The notes under the pieces: model-generated
What the model saw: only the letters and a program-made list of their open reading frames with translations
Databases searched by the model: none
What the model was told of the DNA's origin: nothing
Part shown: positions 11,122 to 23,500 of the stretch, in pieces
How positions within the stretch are numbered: the first letter of the stretch is position 1
Layout of the letters: each line of letters begins with the position of its first letter
DNA from: a virus
Direction: 5' to 3' (one strand)
IMG/VR virus record: IMGVR_UViG_3300033559_000303
Location: 1 to 64,000 of that record
DNA: 64,000 bases
Made by a program: the position numbers and the translations under genes

Positions 11122-11514
11122 ATTTTAACTAAAGGAGGATAAGATGGTAAAACCAAACCCTGTATCAGAAAGATTGAAGGCGTCAATGGATGACCTATCA
11201 GTAATGAGTAGTCCTGAAAAACTGAAGAAGGTTAAGAATGCAGAGGATCAACTATATCACAATTTTCTTCAAAACGCAATTCGATATTCTTATGGTGAGC
11301 ATGATGGCAGGGCCATGAAGGAAGAGTGTAATAACCTTGGTGTTGTTGCGAAATTCAGACAATCACGGAACAATGCCAAGAGTTTATCTCTTCATGCAAT
11401 GAAGAGATTGAAAAATAATGATATCACAAATGATGAGTTCCAGGATATCAATCAGGTCTAATAAAGGGCGTGTGCATAACACGCTCTTATTTATTAATAA
11501 TAGGAGCGTGTACT

Positions 11515-12345
11515 ATGCCGATACGTTTAATAGAGGTTCAGAAAAACGGAAGAGAAAGATACCGAGTAGCAGTTAATGTATCTGGTGTAAAAAAGGAAAC
11601 AACTGTTACAGGTAGCCTGAAAGATGCAAAGATTAAAGAGTCTGAGTTTTTAAAGATGCTAAAGAAGGAAACTGGTTGCACAACCATAAAGGGTACAACC
11701 GGCTATTGCAAGGTTTGTAAAAAACCTTTTACTAGAAAAAAACCTGACCACATATTTTGCTCAAGTAGATGTAATTCCCTGTACAAAGAGGGTTTCACAT
11801 CTATCTACAAAAAATGCCTAGAGTGTGGAGATACGTTTAAGCCAGGATCTGATTACAGAGAGTGTTTCTGCTCAGATACCTGTAAGACTATGCATAAAAA
11901 TAAACTTAAATTAATTATCAAGGGTAAAACATGTATTGGTTGTGGGCATGTTTTCAAATTAAATAAACTACATAGGAGTAGGGTTTATTGTTATACATGT
12001 AGACCTGCACGTATTAAGCGTGTTGAAAATAAGGTTTGTGTTAAAAATGAACATCCATTATTAGACTTGAGGTTAAATGGTATTCTATACATGCACTATG
12101 GGTGCTCCGGTAGAAATGTTGAACTTAGGGTTAAAAAAATGACTATTGCGGTATGGCTTGTTAATCAGATGTTATCTGGAAATCTTAGTAAAGAGGTTGT
12201 CAGGCATAGGATGCATAAACTAAAGTCATGTCGGCCAAATTGGCTGTTTCTACTGGTTGCAGATGAACACGTGTTGGAGCAGGAGAAGTTTTTATACTCA
12301 AACAAAGAAAAGGAGTTAACAAATGGGCAGACAGATAACACCTGA
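11515..12345 (+). CDS. Multi zinc-ribbon (CxxC...FCSxxC) nucleic-acid-binding protein
   Basis: Repeated CKVC/FCSSRC, CLEC/FCSDTC and CIGC/YCYTC; no clear HNH catalytic motif. Confidence 0.6.
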   Translation: MPIRLIEVQKNGRERYRVAVNVSGVKKETTVTGSLKDAKIKESEFLKMLKKETGCTTIKGTTGYCKVCKKPFTRKKPDHIFCSSRCNSLYKEGFTSIYKKCLECGDTFKPGSDYRECFCSDTCKTMHKNKLKLIIKGKTCIGCGHVFKLNKLHRSRVYCYTCRPARIKRVENKVCVKNEHPLLDLRLNGILYMHYGCSGRNVELRVKKMTIAVWLVNQMLSGNLSKEVVRHRMHKLKSCRPNWLFLLVADEHVLEQEKFLYSNKEKELTNGQTDNT

Positions 12346-12598
12346 AGAGGTGAAAGAAGCTGTTCTGGCATCCGGAGAGACAACCTTCCTGCACCATGAG
12401 TGCGGTGTGTGCGGCGGGCCGGTTCTATACATTATTCAGGATGACGATGTGTACTTTGATGGGAGCTGCTGCAGCGGTGGTGGGACGCTGCAGTATCGCG
12501 GTTGGAGTAGTATTAGTACCTGGATCAACATGCAGACTAATGAGGATGCAAAATCAAGATTGATGGAGAAGTTTTTTATTAAAGAGTAGGAGGGGCTT

Positions 12599-13180
12599 AT
12601 GGTATTTACACAAGAACAGATACAAACTGCCAGGGAAAACGCCGTAACAAGTCACCTCGAGTCTGATGAGGACATTTTCTATGAGATGTGCTTCTGCATA
12701 TGCTCTCCTCAGACAAAGTGGGAAAGCAATATGATTGTGAATAGGAAGTTGAGAGATGTGGATTTTATGAATTATGACACACTCGGACTGCTTAGTATTG
12801 TAAAGCCTGTTAGGTTCTATGTCAACAAGGCAAAGTATCTCAGAGAGGCAAAGAGTAGCTTCAATTTTATTCTCCATCATGTTCGTAATGACAACCTGAC
12901 AAATAGGGCGTTGAGAGGGTTACTGATGGATAACTATAATGGATTTGGCATGAAGACAGCGTCTCATTTTGTCAGGAATGTCAGAGGTGTTAACGATATT
13001 GCAGTTATCGATACTCATGTTCTCAAGTATTTTGGATGTGATAGTAAGACTATCAGTAAAGCAATGTATCTTGAGTATGAAAGAAGGTTTCTGGATCACG
13101 CCAGGGAACTTGGAGTTACACCTATCGAACTGGATTATCTTATTTTCGTAAACGGATCTGGTGCGAGTGAGCACCGATAG
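12599..13180 (+). CDS. ogg: 8-oxoguanine DNA glycosylase/AP lyase (HhH-GPD, archaeal/Thermotoga Ogg type)
   Basis: EMCFCICSPQ, RFYVNKAKY, HhH motif GFGMKTASHFVRN with catalytic Lys, IAVIDTHVL with catalytic Asp. Confidence 0.85.
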   Translation: MVFTQEQIQTARENAVTSHLESDEDIFYEMCFCICSPQTKWESNMIVNRKLRDVDFMNYDTLGLLSIVKPVRFYVNKAKYLREAKSSFNFILHHVRNDNLTNRALRGLLMDNYNGFGMKTASHFVRNVRGVNDIAVIDTHVLKYFGCDSKTISKAMYLEYERRFLDHARELGVTPIELDYLIFVNGSGASEHR

Positions 13181-13229
13181 AATTCTTGTGCAGTTATTTT
13201 ATTAATTCATTTAAAGAAAGGATATTATT

Positions 13230-14033
13230 ATGTCAAAACCAGGAATGGCAGGTAAAGAGCCTGATGGAACAAAAGATGGTAATGCAATTGCATATAACCG
13301 CCAGCACTTTGTAAGTAGGTTTCAGATAACCAGCTTCAGTAGGGGTTATAATTTGCACAATCGAATCAATAACCTTTTGTTAAAAGCTTTTGATTTAATG
13401 GATGATTCTATTAGTTCTAAAATTGATGTTAGAAGAGTAGATCACCCAGAGGCGTATAAAACAGAAAATGGTATCATTATCACAATATCACCATACGATC
13501 AGACATTTGCATGTATAGAGATGTACAAGATGCTTGGAATGAAGGTTCTTGAATATCCTATATACCATACCCTTGCAAACACTTTCTATATTGAATTCAA
13601 AGACTATAATCACGGAAAAGCGCATTTTGATTTCCTTGATAGAACGCTTGGGGTAATTAGAAGTGAAGATGCTCTCAAAATACTGCGCGCAAGAGAAGAG
13701 GTTGCAAATAGACACCTTTATGAGTTACACTCTACAATAGAGGGTGGAAAGCGTGTTTTAATAGATGGCAAATACCACCTCATTCTTCCACGGAGGTATG
13801 TCAGTAACTCTGATAGAGACACTGCTATATGCCCGTTCTGTGGCGGTTCACACGGGCATGGCGCTGGCGGCGGTCATAGGTCCGCACATTGCGACAACTC
13901 GTTATCAGATGACTCTATACGCGATATCGTTGGGCGTGACGCTAAGTTTACAGTACCTGGTACAAATATTGTATTAAAAGCGTCTATGGGATACTCGTTG
14001 GAAGATAACACTGAGAACTTCTACACAGTATAA
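13230..14033 (+). CDS. Hypothetical protein with CPFCGGSHGHG zinc-binding motif
   Basis: 267-aa ORF. Confidence 0.6.
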   Translation: MSKPGMAGKEPDGTKDGNAIAYNRQHFVSRFQITSFSRGYNLHNRINNLLLKAFDLMDDSISSKIDVRRVDHPEAYKTENGIIITISPYDQTFACIEMYKMLGMKVLEYPIYHTLANTFYIEFKDYNHGKAHFDFLDRTLGVIRSEDALKILRAREEVANRHLYELHSTIEGGKRVLIDGKYHLILPRRYVSNSDRDTAICPFCGGSHGHGAGGGHRSAHCDNSLSDDSIRDIVGRDAKFTVPGTNIVLKASMGYSLEDNTENFYTV

Positions 14034-14037
14034 TAAT

Positions 14038-14213
14038 TAACACAAGCCAGGCGAGGAGGAACACGCAGTGAAGCCACCCGGAGCATAATGCACATCTTCC
14101 CCACCATAACTGGTAGGGTTTTCTAAGGTCTTCGTAGGAAATGCCACGTCCGACTGCTGGTGAGCGCTGAAGGTCGGCAATTCCCGGGGTTCGAGTCCCC
14201 GGGGCTTGTGTTA
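14038..14213 (+). ncRNA. tRNA-like RNA with a ~110-nt insertion
   Basis: Terminal stem TAACACAAGCC/GGCTTGTGTTA, T-arm CCGGGG-TTCGAGT-CCCCGG, D-arm-like GCG-AGGAGGAACA-CGC; no canonical anticodon arm. Confidence 0.6.
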
Positions 14214-14380
14214 TTTATAAACTAAAACTTGTGTCCGGAATTTATGCATTTACAATACACAAAATGATTTAGGTATTTTATGCCACACACAATACTAAGC
14301 ATGTGTTCCTTCATGTTATTTTATTAGTATTTCTGGTATAATAGTTATGTAGGAGTATTAACCTACATAAAATAAGATAA

Positions 14381-14585
14381 TACTCACAGTGGCGAAGGTG
14401 GGAACAGCTATTGTGGAATACATATCCACCTCCGATGGTGACAAGTGCTATGGCTTGCCATCGGTATACATAGGTAGTAAGGGGTCTACTCATAAAACCC
14501 TTCTTCCCAGAAGCCTGCTTTGTCTGGGATTAATTAATAGGCTGCGGCGCACTGCCCCAAGTGTTTGCTTAAGTAAGAGTGGGTA
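14381..14585 (+). ncRNA. Structured ncRNA candidate between a promoter and a terminator
   Basis: Promoter motif at 14314 and terminator at 14585-14623. Nested stems TACTCAC/GTGGGTA, CAGCTATT/AATAGGCTG, GTGGA/TCCAC, CCGATGG/CCATCGG and TCCCAGA/TCTGGGA. Confidence 0.55.
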
Positions 14586-14623
14586 AGAGTAGTACAGCTT
14601 AATGCTGTGCTGCTCTTTTTTTT
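14585..14623 (+). terminator. Rho-independent terminator
   Basis: AAGAGTAGTACAGC-ttaat-GCTGTGCTGCTCTT followed by a T-run. Confidence 0.8.
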
Positions 14624-14657
14624 AGTTAAATATGTTTACTTATAACAAGGAGGGTAT

Positions 14658-17400
14658 GTGAAACAAGACTACGTTAATGGTGATACTATCAAAAAAATAG
14701 TGCGGTACACCAGCATTGTAACCAACCGCAATATAAAATTCGCAGGGTTGAAATTTGAGCGTGAGACAGTTTATATTCTGTCCGATGATAATGGGTTAAG
14801 GTGTTTTGTTGGAGCATCAAAGGTTTCTAAAACAATCAATGCCCTTGAGTCAATTATGAGGAATACACATAGAATGGAGGAGCGTGTTGGAGAAGCATGA
14901 AATTATAGACCTGGCACTCCGCCACATGGATGCCAAGGACATTGTTGATTTTCCGGAGCCTGGTGATATTTTTACAGTCTTTGCAACAAAACTGGTTAAT
15001 GGAGAACCAGATCCTGAGAAGACAGGATTTCAGTACTATGGCATTGTTGATTACTATACACCTGATGAGGAGCACAAACCCGTGGGTAAATGGGTCTATA
15101 TGGTGTTTACCAGACTGGCGCCTTGGGGTGAAGTTGAGTATGATGCAGAGATAGGGCTGCAACCGCACCATATCGCCCAGGGTAACTTCCAAACACCAGA
15201 CCGTGAGTGGATGGTTACAATCAAGAAAGTTGTTAAACCAGCTGCCGCAGTTGATAATGATCAGAGTGTAGATACGGGTGGTGGAACTGGCAATTGCCAG
15301 TTCCTGGAATTTCCAAGATGAAGAAGGTTAAAGAAAAAGGTGTTGTTGCGCACAAGGCCAGATCGACAGGAGAGTTGTTGCGGGCAGCTGGGTGGAGGGG
15401 TAAACCCTTCTTCAGGCTTAAAACTAAAATCACAAATATTTTTTTTATATTTTTAAGGAGGTTTCCATGATAGAAGTTGACGGAATCGACGGATGCGCCA
15501 CATGTGGTGATGAATCAGGGTGCTGTGAATGTGGGGAGACAACATACGTGAAGTGTACTGCTTCACGGGCTCATCTGTACCCGAATGATATTAAGAACTG
15601 CTCTTGCGGAAAAGAGCCTACAGTAGAAACGTGGGATGATGACACGCCTGGGTGGAGAGACCATAGGTGTAAGATTTCATGTGAATGTGGAAAATTTGTT
15701 GAAGGCTCCACAACATATGATACATCCAAGAAGTGGAATGGCAGCATTGCTTAACCATTGATTGAGATACCTATTACATATAGCCCTCTTGTTATTTCTC
15801 ACTAAGGTGTGAGATAATAATTTTGAGGGCACACATCTTTTAATTAATCATATTAATAAGGGGTTATTATGAGTGGTGGACACTTTAATGGTAGTGAATT
15901 CAGTATAATGAATATATCTGATGAGATTCAAAATCTCATCAGATCTAATGGCAATAAAGAGCTTGATGGATGGGGGTATCCGTTATATAGTGATTTCTCA
16001 CCAGAGGTTATTGAAAAATTTAAAGAGGCTGTAGTAGCCTTAGATAAAGCGTATGTCTATGCAAGGCGCGTAGACTACCTCGTATCCGGAGATGATGGCC
16101 CTGAGACCTTCCTGGAAAGGCTCAGCGAAGAATTAAAAGAAGTTGAGGATAAATATGCAAAGTAAAAATAAAAAGGCGCTTGCCCAAACGATTATCGCAA
16201 GCACTTTGATGATGGGTGTTGACAACTCTTTCTTTAGTATGGGTTTTGGTAATGATGACCAAAGACCATCAGTAAAACATAGCGATTATACATACTGCCC
16301 GGTATGTGGGTGGGGTAGGAAGACTGAGTCAAATGAGACTGAGACTGGTATACCCAGGGCTTGTAGTGCATCTTGTTATAAACAACTTATTGAAATTCAG
16401 CGCGGGGTATAAAATGATCAGGTTAGTAATAGGGCTTCTTTTTAAGTTCCTTTTTAGATCGGAACTAAAAGAAATAAATAACAAAATGGAACGACTGCTA
16501 AGGTTGGAAGAAGATCTTGAAATAAAGATGCAAAAACTTGAGGCGCTCCATCTTGAGATCAATGCCAGTGTTGATGTGCATCAATACAAAGCCTCTAAAT
16601 CGTGGGCTGTCATATCCCTGCAGGGTAGAAAGGCTGACTTTGTAAAATTCATAGATCTTGGTGATAGTGAAATTTATGCAATAAGTAAGTTTTTACGTCA
16701 GTATGAGAGGGGGCTCATTACTATTGATGCTGCACCAAGCGTGTCACACTTTCTGAGGTTCCAACTTAATAAGGGGTAAGAAATGAAAGTTGAAATAGAC
16801 CTTGAAGATTTGAAAGTTGAGTATGAGAAAATCAGAATGCGCATTTGTGTTTCAGGATTTGTCAATAATGCTGAAACTAAAAAGCAGAGAAAACTTTGTG
16901 GAGAAGAGATATCAAGGATACTTGGTGTTGGTCGTGAAGCCTTTTTAAAAGGTGACATGATCACTGTTGCTCAAATGTTTTCAGTGTTGCAATAGGGGCA
17001 GTGGTTTTAAAATAACCCGGGAGGATGAATGCCTAAATTAAAAACATGCAATTGCGGTGGCACCCCAAAAAGGTATCCTGAAGAATTCAAAGATGTTGGT
17101 AGCGATGAGCTTAGGAGTGTTATTTGTGATAAGTGTGGATTATCTACACTTTCATGGTGGAGTCGCAACAAGGCGAATTATAATTGGAATGAATTAGTAA
17201 AAGCAGAAAGGGTGCCAGGTAATACATGTGCGTAATAACTGATGAAAATGATATCGTTGTTTCTATAAGCCTTATACCAGGTGTAAATAATATACCAGTT
17301 GGGTATAAGGTTTATTTTCCTGTAGAAAACATTGAAGGTGTTTATGTTGGTAGTATTTACAAACCCACTTCCGCACGGTAGTATAGCGTTGACTGTGCGG
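14658..17400 (+). other. Cluster of small hypothetical phage genes (several CxxC/CxCG zinc-ribbon proteins)
   Basis: Co-oriented, abutting plus-strand ORFs, many with RBSs (14884, 15467, 15869, 16414, 16783, 17029). Confidence 0.7.
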
Positions 17401-17512
17401 AGAACTCCCCGAGCGTGGCGGATCGGGGGGTTTTTATTGTGAAATGTGAAAAGTGCTTCTGCAACCTGCGATTTATCAAATAGTTAAATAGTGTAGTTGC
17501 GGACATAAGATA

Positions 17513-20500
17513 GTTGTCGGAAATTTAAAATTGGAGATATTATATGGAAAAGTACGATGTGTATTATGACTCAGCGGTAGATGATATAGAGTATCAACCT
17601 TCAAACGATGGTTCGTGGTATCAAGTTAAAGATGTGGAGCCAATTTTAAACAGCCTACAACAGCTAAAGGCTGAAATTGCCGCTCTTATAGAGTGGTGTG
17701 AAGATAAAGACACTCTACATTTTGGTATGCACAAGATAGATTTATTAGATAAACTGCGGCAACTATCAGCCATTTAGCAACACGTTGTGTGAAATGATAG
17801 CATATACATGAATAGTGGATGTCCAAAGTCTGCAATTGTGGTGCGGACATCCATGAGTCTGCGCAATTGTATGTGCTATCACTCCACACAACTTACGAAA
17901 CCCGCAAGGAAATACCTGCGGGTGTTCGCTGAACCGTTGTGTGAAATTAAGAAAGGGATTGCTATGAATAAAATTATTGTAGGTTTCTTTGTTGTAGTAT
18001 GTATTTGGGTGTCTTTAATGTCTCTTACTCAAAGGTTTAAAAATCCTTCATTAACAGAAACGGAGTTGTTTCTTTTACTACCTTCTAATGCAGTGTTAAT
18101 TTTTTATGAATAAACTATCGCACAACTCACGAAACCCGCAAGGAAATACCTGCGGGTGTTCGTCTGGGCGTTGTCGGAAATTAACAAATTAGGAGGACAT
18201 TATGGAAATTAAAGAAGCAGTTGAGATCATTAAGAAAAATTGGCCTGACGCTAAATATTCTATGTTGCGTGAAGCATTACAAGTTGTTTTAGATAATTTG
18301 TCAACCTCCGACAACTCACAAAGTACGCCATATAAATGCAGTAGGTGCTCTCGATTCAGTGGATGTAGAGAATCGTTGCAGTGCGATTTATTTGTACCAA
18401 GGATGCCGTAAAACGGCGTACATTCGTCAACAGTTGGTGTAAAGTTTTTATTCTTTTGATTAAGGAGTTCGGCATGGATTTACATTATCTCGGTTGCAAA
18501 ATTGGTGAGCAAATAGAATCATTATCGGCATTACAAGCGGAAGTGCACCATGCCGAAAAACTGGCGGATGAACAAAAACCATCCACCAACATCGCTATGG
18601 ATGCCATTGCACTTCTTAAGCGGTGGATTGAGCTTCATCACGTCGATTCTCATTCAAGAGAACTTTTTCTTGCTACGGTCAAATACGTGCAACAGCACCA
18701 GTAGCGTAAACGTTGTCGGAAATTTTAACCTTGAGGTAATATGAAAGAGAATACTTATAGACTTTGTGATTGTGAGGATGGGCATGGATATTACATAAGG
18801 CGTGGCGGAGGTCTTTTAACAGGGCATGAAGTGTGTATGCTTTTAGACAGGCTTGATATTTTGGATGAGGAGCGGTTAAAACTGTCCGACAACTCACAAA
18901 GTCCGCTATGTGACGCTGATCACTGTGGAAATAATGGAAAAATACATTTATGTAAAGATTGTTTTGTTAAATTGCTTACCGCCTAACACGGCGTACATTT
19001 GTCAACCGTTGTAGGCAATAAACCGCGCTGAGCATTATAGTTCGGCGCATAAGAAGGGGGTTGTATGTTGCGTAGACTTAAAAACTGGTGTGCCCAAGAA
19101 CGTGTTGGTCGTGTCGAAGAAGGCACATCTCAGGATATGTGCCCAACCAATGGTGATGCACTAATACTTTTTTGCGTCATGAGTATGGTTGGCTGCTGTG
19201 TGGGGTTGGTTATTTTGTTGAACTAAATGCGCCGAAAGAGTAATATGGATGTGCGGTTTACAGCCTACAACAGGCCAAGTGCAAAACGTGAGTACACGCA
19301 TCGCACATTGGCCGTCCCGTTGTACGAAATGTTTTGCCATTAGAAAGGAAGCATATATGTCTAAAGAGGCGGAAGAGCATGTTGACCATTGGATTATGGC
19401 TGATTATGATTACAATAGTCCTATGGTTGCTGATTGGAAACTTGTGCGTGAGGAGTTGAAAGATTTGCGTGCTAAAGTTGCAATGCAACACCCTTATCAC
19501 AAAAACAAAATGGAGGAAATTTGCTATGTTTGCGACGGTTCTGGTAACCATTTCCAACATGGAGCTGTCATAAAATGTAGTAAATGTCAAGGTACTGGTA
19601 AAATAATGGCTGAAATAACCGTTGTAAGAAATTAACTTTTATAGGAGTATAACATGAAAAAGAAAATAAAGTTTAGGGTCATGGCAGATTTTGAAACTGA
19701 AATAAACACAGAACATTATAATAGTGATTCTATTGAAGGCTGCATCAAAGAAGCAATAGAACAGCTTGAGTCAGATGACGGATTTGACGTATTATTATAT
19801 GCGTTAGAATCAGCAGAAATAAAAGTTAGCTGTCTGACAACAGCAACTATTGGCAAGGGCTAAATCCACATGATTACATGTCCAGGAGTAAATAAATGAG
19901 AAGCACTAAAGAAATAATACAAGATGCAATAGATGAGCTAGAGCACCATTGCGGTTCATCTAATTGTGATTGCTGGGATGCCGATACCATAGTTCTAATA
20001 AACGAGTTATGTGAACTCCGTGAAAATTCTGACAACGCACAAAATCCACCATTACAAAACTGTGTCGTGTGGTAACGAAAAGTGTAGTATGCAAGCGGGT
20101 GTGTGTTCCAAATGGGAGCCAGTTGAGTAACGGCGTACATTTAAGGGGGTATTCATGGAAAAACTAAAAATAAGTAAGAACTTAATAATGACGTGGACAA
20201 AGCAGTACAGCTTCTCTACAAACATACTACCGTCTATATGGCTACAGTTTGGAAAAAAGGAAATGTGCATATCTTTTGGGTTTATATGTTTGTTCCTAGA
20301 TATTGAGGTATCTTGGAAGGAAATTTATAGGGATACACTCTAATGGAAGATGTGAAGAAAGGAAACAAAAATGGCTTGTGAGATTTGCGGTCGTTCATCG
20401 TGTACTCGTTGCTTTCACTCGTTATCGGAGCAAGAGGAGTTCGATACTAAAACTGGGCGGTATGCGCCAGAAGAAGACGCACCACCGGACACTGTGGAAG

Positions 20501-20545
20501 AAACCGAAACAGCAGACAACAGCGCAAGTAAACATCGCGTTGTCG
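17513..20545 (+). mobile_element. Integron-like gene-cassette array (attC-like sites; no integrase in window)
   Basis: Imperfect palindromes flanked by ...CAAC and GTTG... at about 17654-17790, 17885-17942, 18119-18176, 18308-18439, 18583-18718, 18886-19014 and 19264-19325, with degenerate or partial copies near 19482-19627, 19833, 20029-20141 and 20514-20545. There is roughly one small ORF per unit. Confidence 0.75.
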
Positions 20546-20571
20546 GAAATTGAAATTTTAAAGGGGATCTT

Positions 20572-23500
20572 ATGCTACAAGAAAAATCCTATAATGCTGA
20601 AGAATGGGAAGGGGTAATGGGATTACTTAATAAAACCATTTTTGAGAGAAAAGATTTAATACCGAAAGGGTTTTTGATGGTAGGTCAAATATTTAATAGT
20701 GTTTTAGAAGAGGATGGAAAACTTTTCTCGTGTAAAGCATGGGGCACTTCAGGAAAGGTGCATGTTCAATGTAAAGCTTATATCGATTATTCGGAAATTA
20801 ACAGAGGTAGAGAATGAGATATATCTAAATTAAAATGTGATAAGGAGTAATAATCATGAGTGAGATACTTGAATTTCTTGGTATAGCGTACAGAAGCAGT
20901 AGTGACCCTTATGTATTGCTATTTGGTATGATGATTGGCTCTGTTATAACGGCAGTTGTGATATCATGTCTACCGTATAAGAAAGGTGAATACACCTGGG
21001 ATTTTAAAAATCGCAAGATTAACAGTGACAGAATGATTGACCCTGTAGAGGTTAGCCCTCATAAGACATGGAAAAAATTCAAAAGCCGCCAATGCGTCCC
21101 CTATGTCGACTGTGACGAGATACTTAAACTCGCAGAGCTTTGCCCTCAAGAGGTAAAAAATGTAACAATAACCTACGATAAAACTAATGATAGGTATCTG
21201 TTTTATAAGTATACCGGGGATGCTGTGATATTGGTTAAAATTGTTAACAAAATTGATGACAGGTACCTGTCTGTTATTCAGAATTTTCTATCAAACGAAG
21301 AGTAAAAAGGAGTATTTTGTGAAAGTTGTAAAAATTAAAAGCAGCCTGGCTGATATGTGTAAAGCGCTTATCGAGTCTGGTGAATCTTTCAAATGTGACG
21401 CTCAGGGTGTATACCCTGGAAAAAGTAGGAGTTTTGATACTGAGATGCTCAAGTATCTTGGAAAAACAATTACCATTGATTGCAATGGAGGGGCTGGCCT
21501 ACGGTTTGGGGAGTATATAGTTGAGCCATACATGTATGACGAAGCTGAAGCCCAGTACAGAGAGTTTGAAGATTTCTTTGAAGTGCCTCAAAATGCCATT
21601 TTCAGAGAGAAGGGTGGTCGTGATTATGGGAAAATACTCGGTGTCTATAAGAATGGTGATATCTCATTCTCTGTAATAAATAATAACAACTCATTCAAGA
21701 CAGTTCTTCTAACAAAAGAAATGACACTTGACAATGGTGAGACATGGACACCGGCTGGGGTTCTTTGTTATGATGCTATTATAGATTTTGTACACCCGTA
21801 ACAGAAAGGTTTATTATGACTGTTTTTTTTCTTCTTACTGTCATAGCTGTCCTGCTTATTCTAATACTTAATGTGCTGGCTACTATGAATGAAAATATTG
21901 TCAGGGTATCAACTGAGATTATAAAACATCTCAAAGATTTAAAATTAAAAAATGGAGTTTGAATGCCGGTTAAGGGTATTAAACAGACGAATCTTTTTGG
22001 TGGTCTCGATGACATACCGGAAGAATGGGAGAATGAATACAAGAAACTTATTAAGAGTGGTAAAACAAAAATAAAGTGTAAAACCACCATTAGTATTCCT
22101 GTCGGTGCTCCAAAGGATATGATTGAGGAGTGGCTTGAGTTTCAGCTTATTGGTGGTGATTATGATGTGGGCACCCCAATCCGCAGGGCTATGCTAAATA
22201 TCATGCCAGAAATAATATCTATCGATTATGAATGATTAAAAAATGGAGGTTGTATGAGTTCAATGGCAACATTGACATTTGATCGGTCCGATCTTGATGG
22301 TGAGACAGAATTCATGTTATCAATCAAGGGTCGTGATTTTAATAACATCATTAATGATGTATCTGAATTTCTGTTTAAACTCAATCGAAATGAAGACCAC
22401 AGATTCAATTCAACCATTAAAGAGAAGCTGCTTAATAGTGGTATTGAGGATGTTGTAATCAGACAGGTTATTGATGAGACAATGCAATATATAGCTGATC
22501 AGGTTGTTGACATTAAGCATATGCACAATTTTGTTGACTATATTTTATAAAGAAGGAAATACTGCTTGAAGATCTTAAGAATCATGAGACTCTTCAAAAG
22601 TCTGTAAATCCGCAGTTTTCAATTTCTGCTATAGTGCTTACACATTATATTAAAAAATTATTGAAGGAACTTGAATAACAACATGCTTCTTATTAAAAGG
22701 TAAGGTGAAAATGAGATTTAATATTTTGTCTATTATTGTGTTGGTTTTTTCTCTGTGTGCTTTTCCAGATGATGGGAAGGCGGTATGGGTTTCGTGTACA
22801 GAATTCAGTTTGTATAAAATAATAACTGATGAGAACGGTGAGGTTACCCCTGAAATTGTTGGATCTCAACCTGATATCTCAACATTTATCATTAATGAAA
22901 ATGAGACCATGATCACACATAGGACTAATGATATGCAGTCGTCATATTATGTTCAATCCTCATCATTTGATGAGGAGAAGAGTCAATTTACTGCTGGTGT
23001 TGTCAGTGATGTTGGAAATGATTATTTCTTTACCTTTAACTTTGAGACTTCATTAGTGTCTGTTTTTGGTAAAGGTAATGACGGTAAAATGTTTATGACT
23101 GTGTATACTGTGAAAGCGTTTTTTATGAAATAAAGGGGATTATATGATTTCAATGCCTGATGATGAAACATTGGTTCTGGTGTATTGTGATGATGTAGTA
23201 ATTGAGGTTAACCCTGATCAGTCAATAGAGTTAAGTAATTTTACTACGATACCTAAAGATATGTATCGTAAGGAAGATTTTCATATATTCTCTGCGACAG
23301 AGGTTGTTTTTAACACGGTAACTCAATATGCTCACCTTCTTGGATTGGTACGCAGATGTAATCGCAAAATAAAATATGGAATGTCAACAGAGGGTTTAGC
23401 CTATATTACTTTTGATTATGATGAAGATTGGGATCAGATTGACTTTGTTGAAAGAAATTTTAACAGGGTTCAATTTTTCAAATTGTCAGATGTGACTAAA

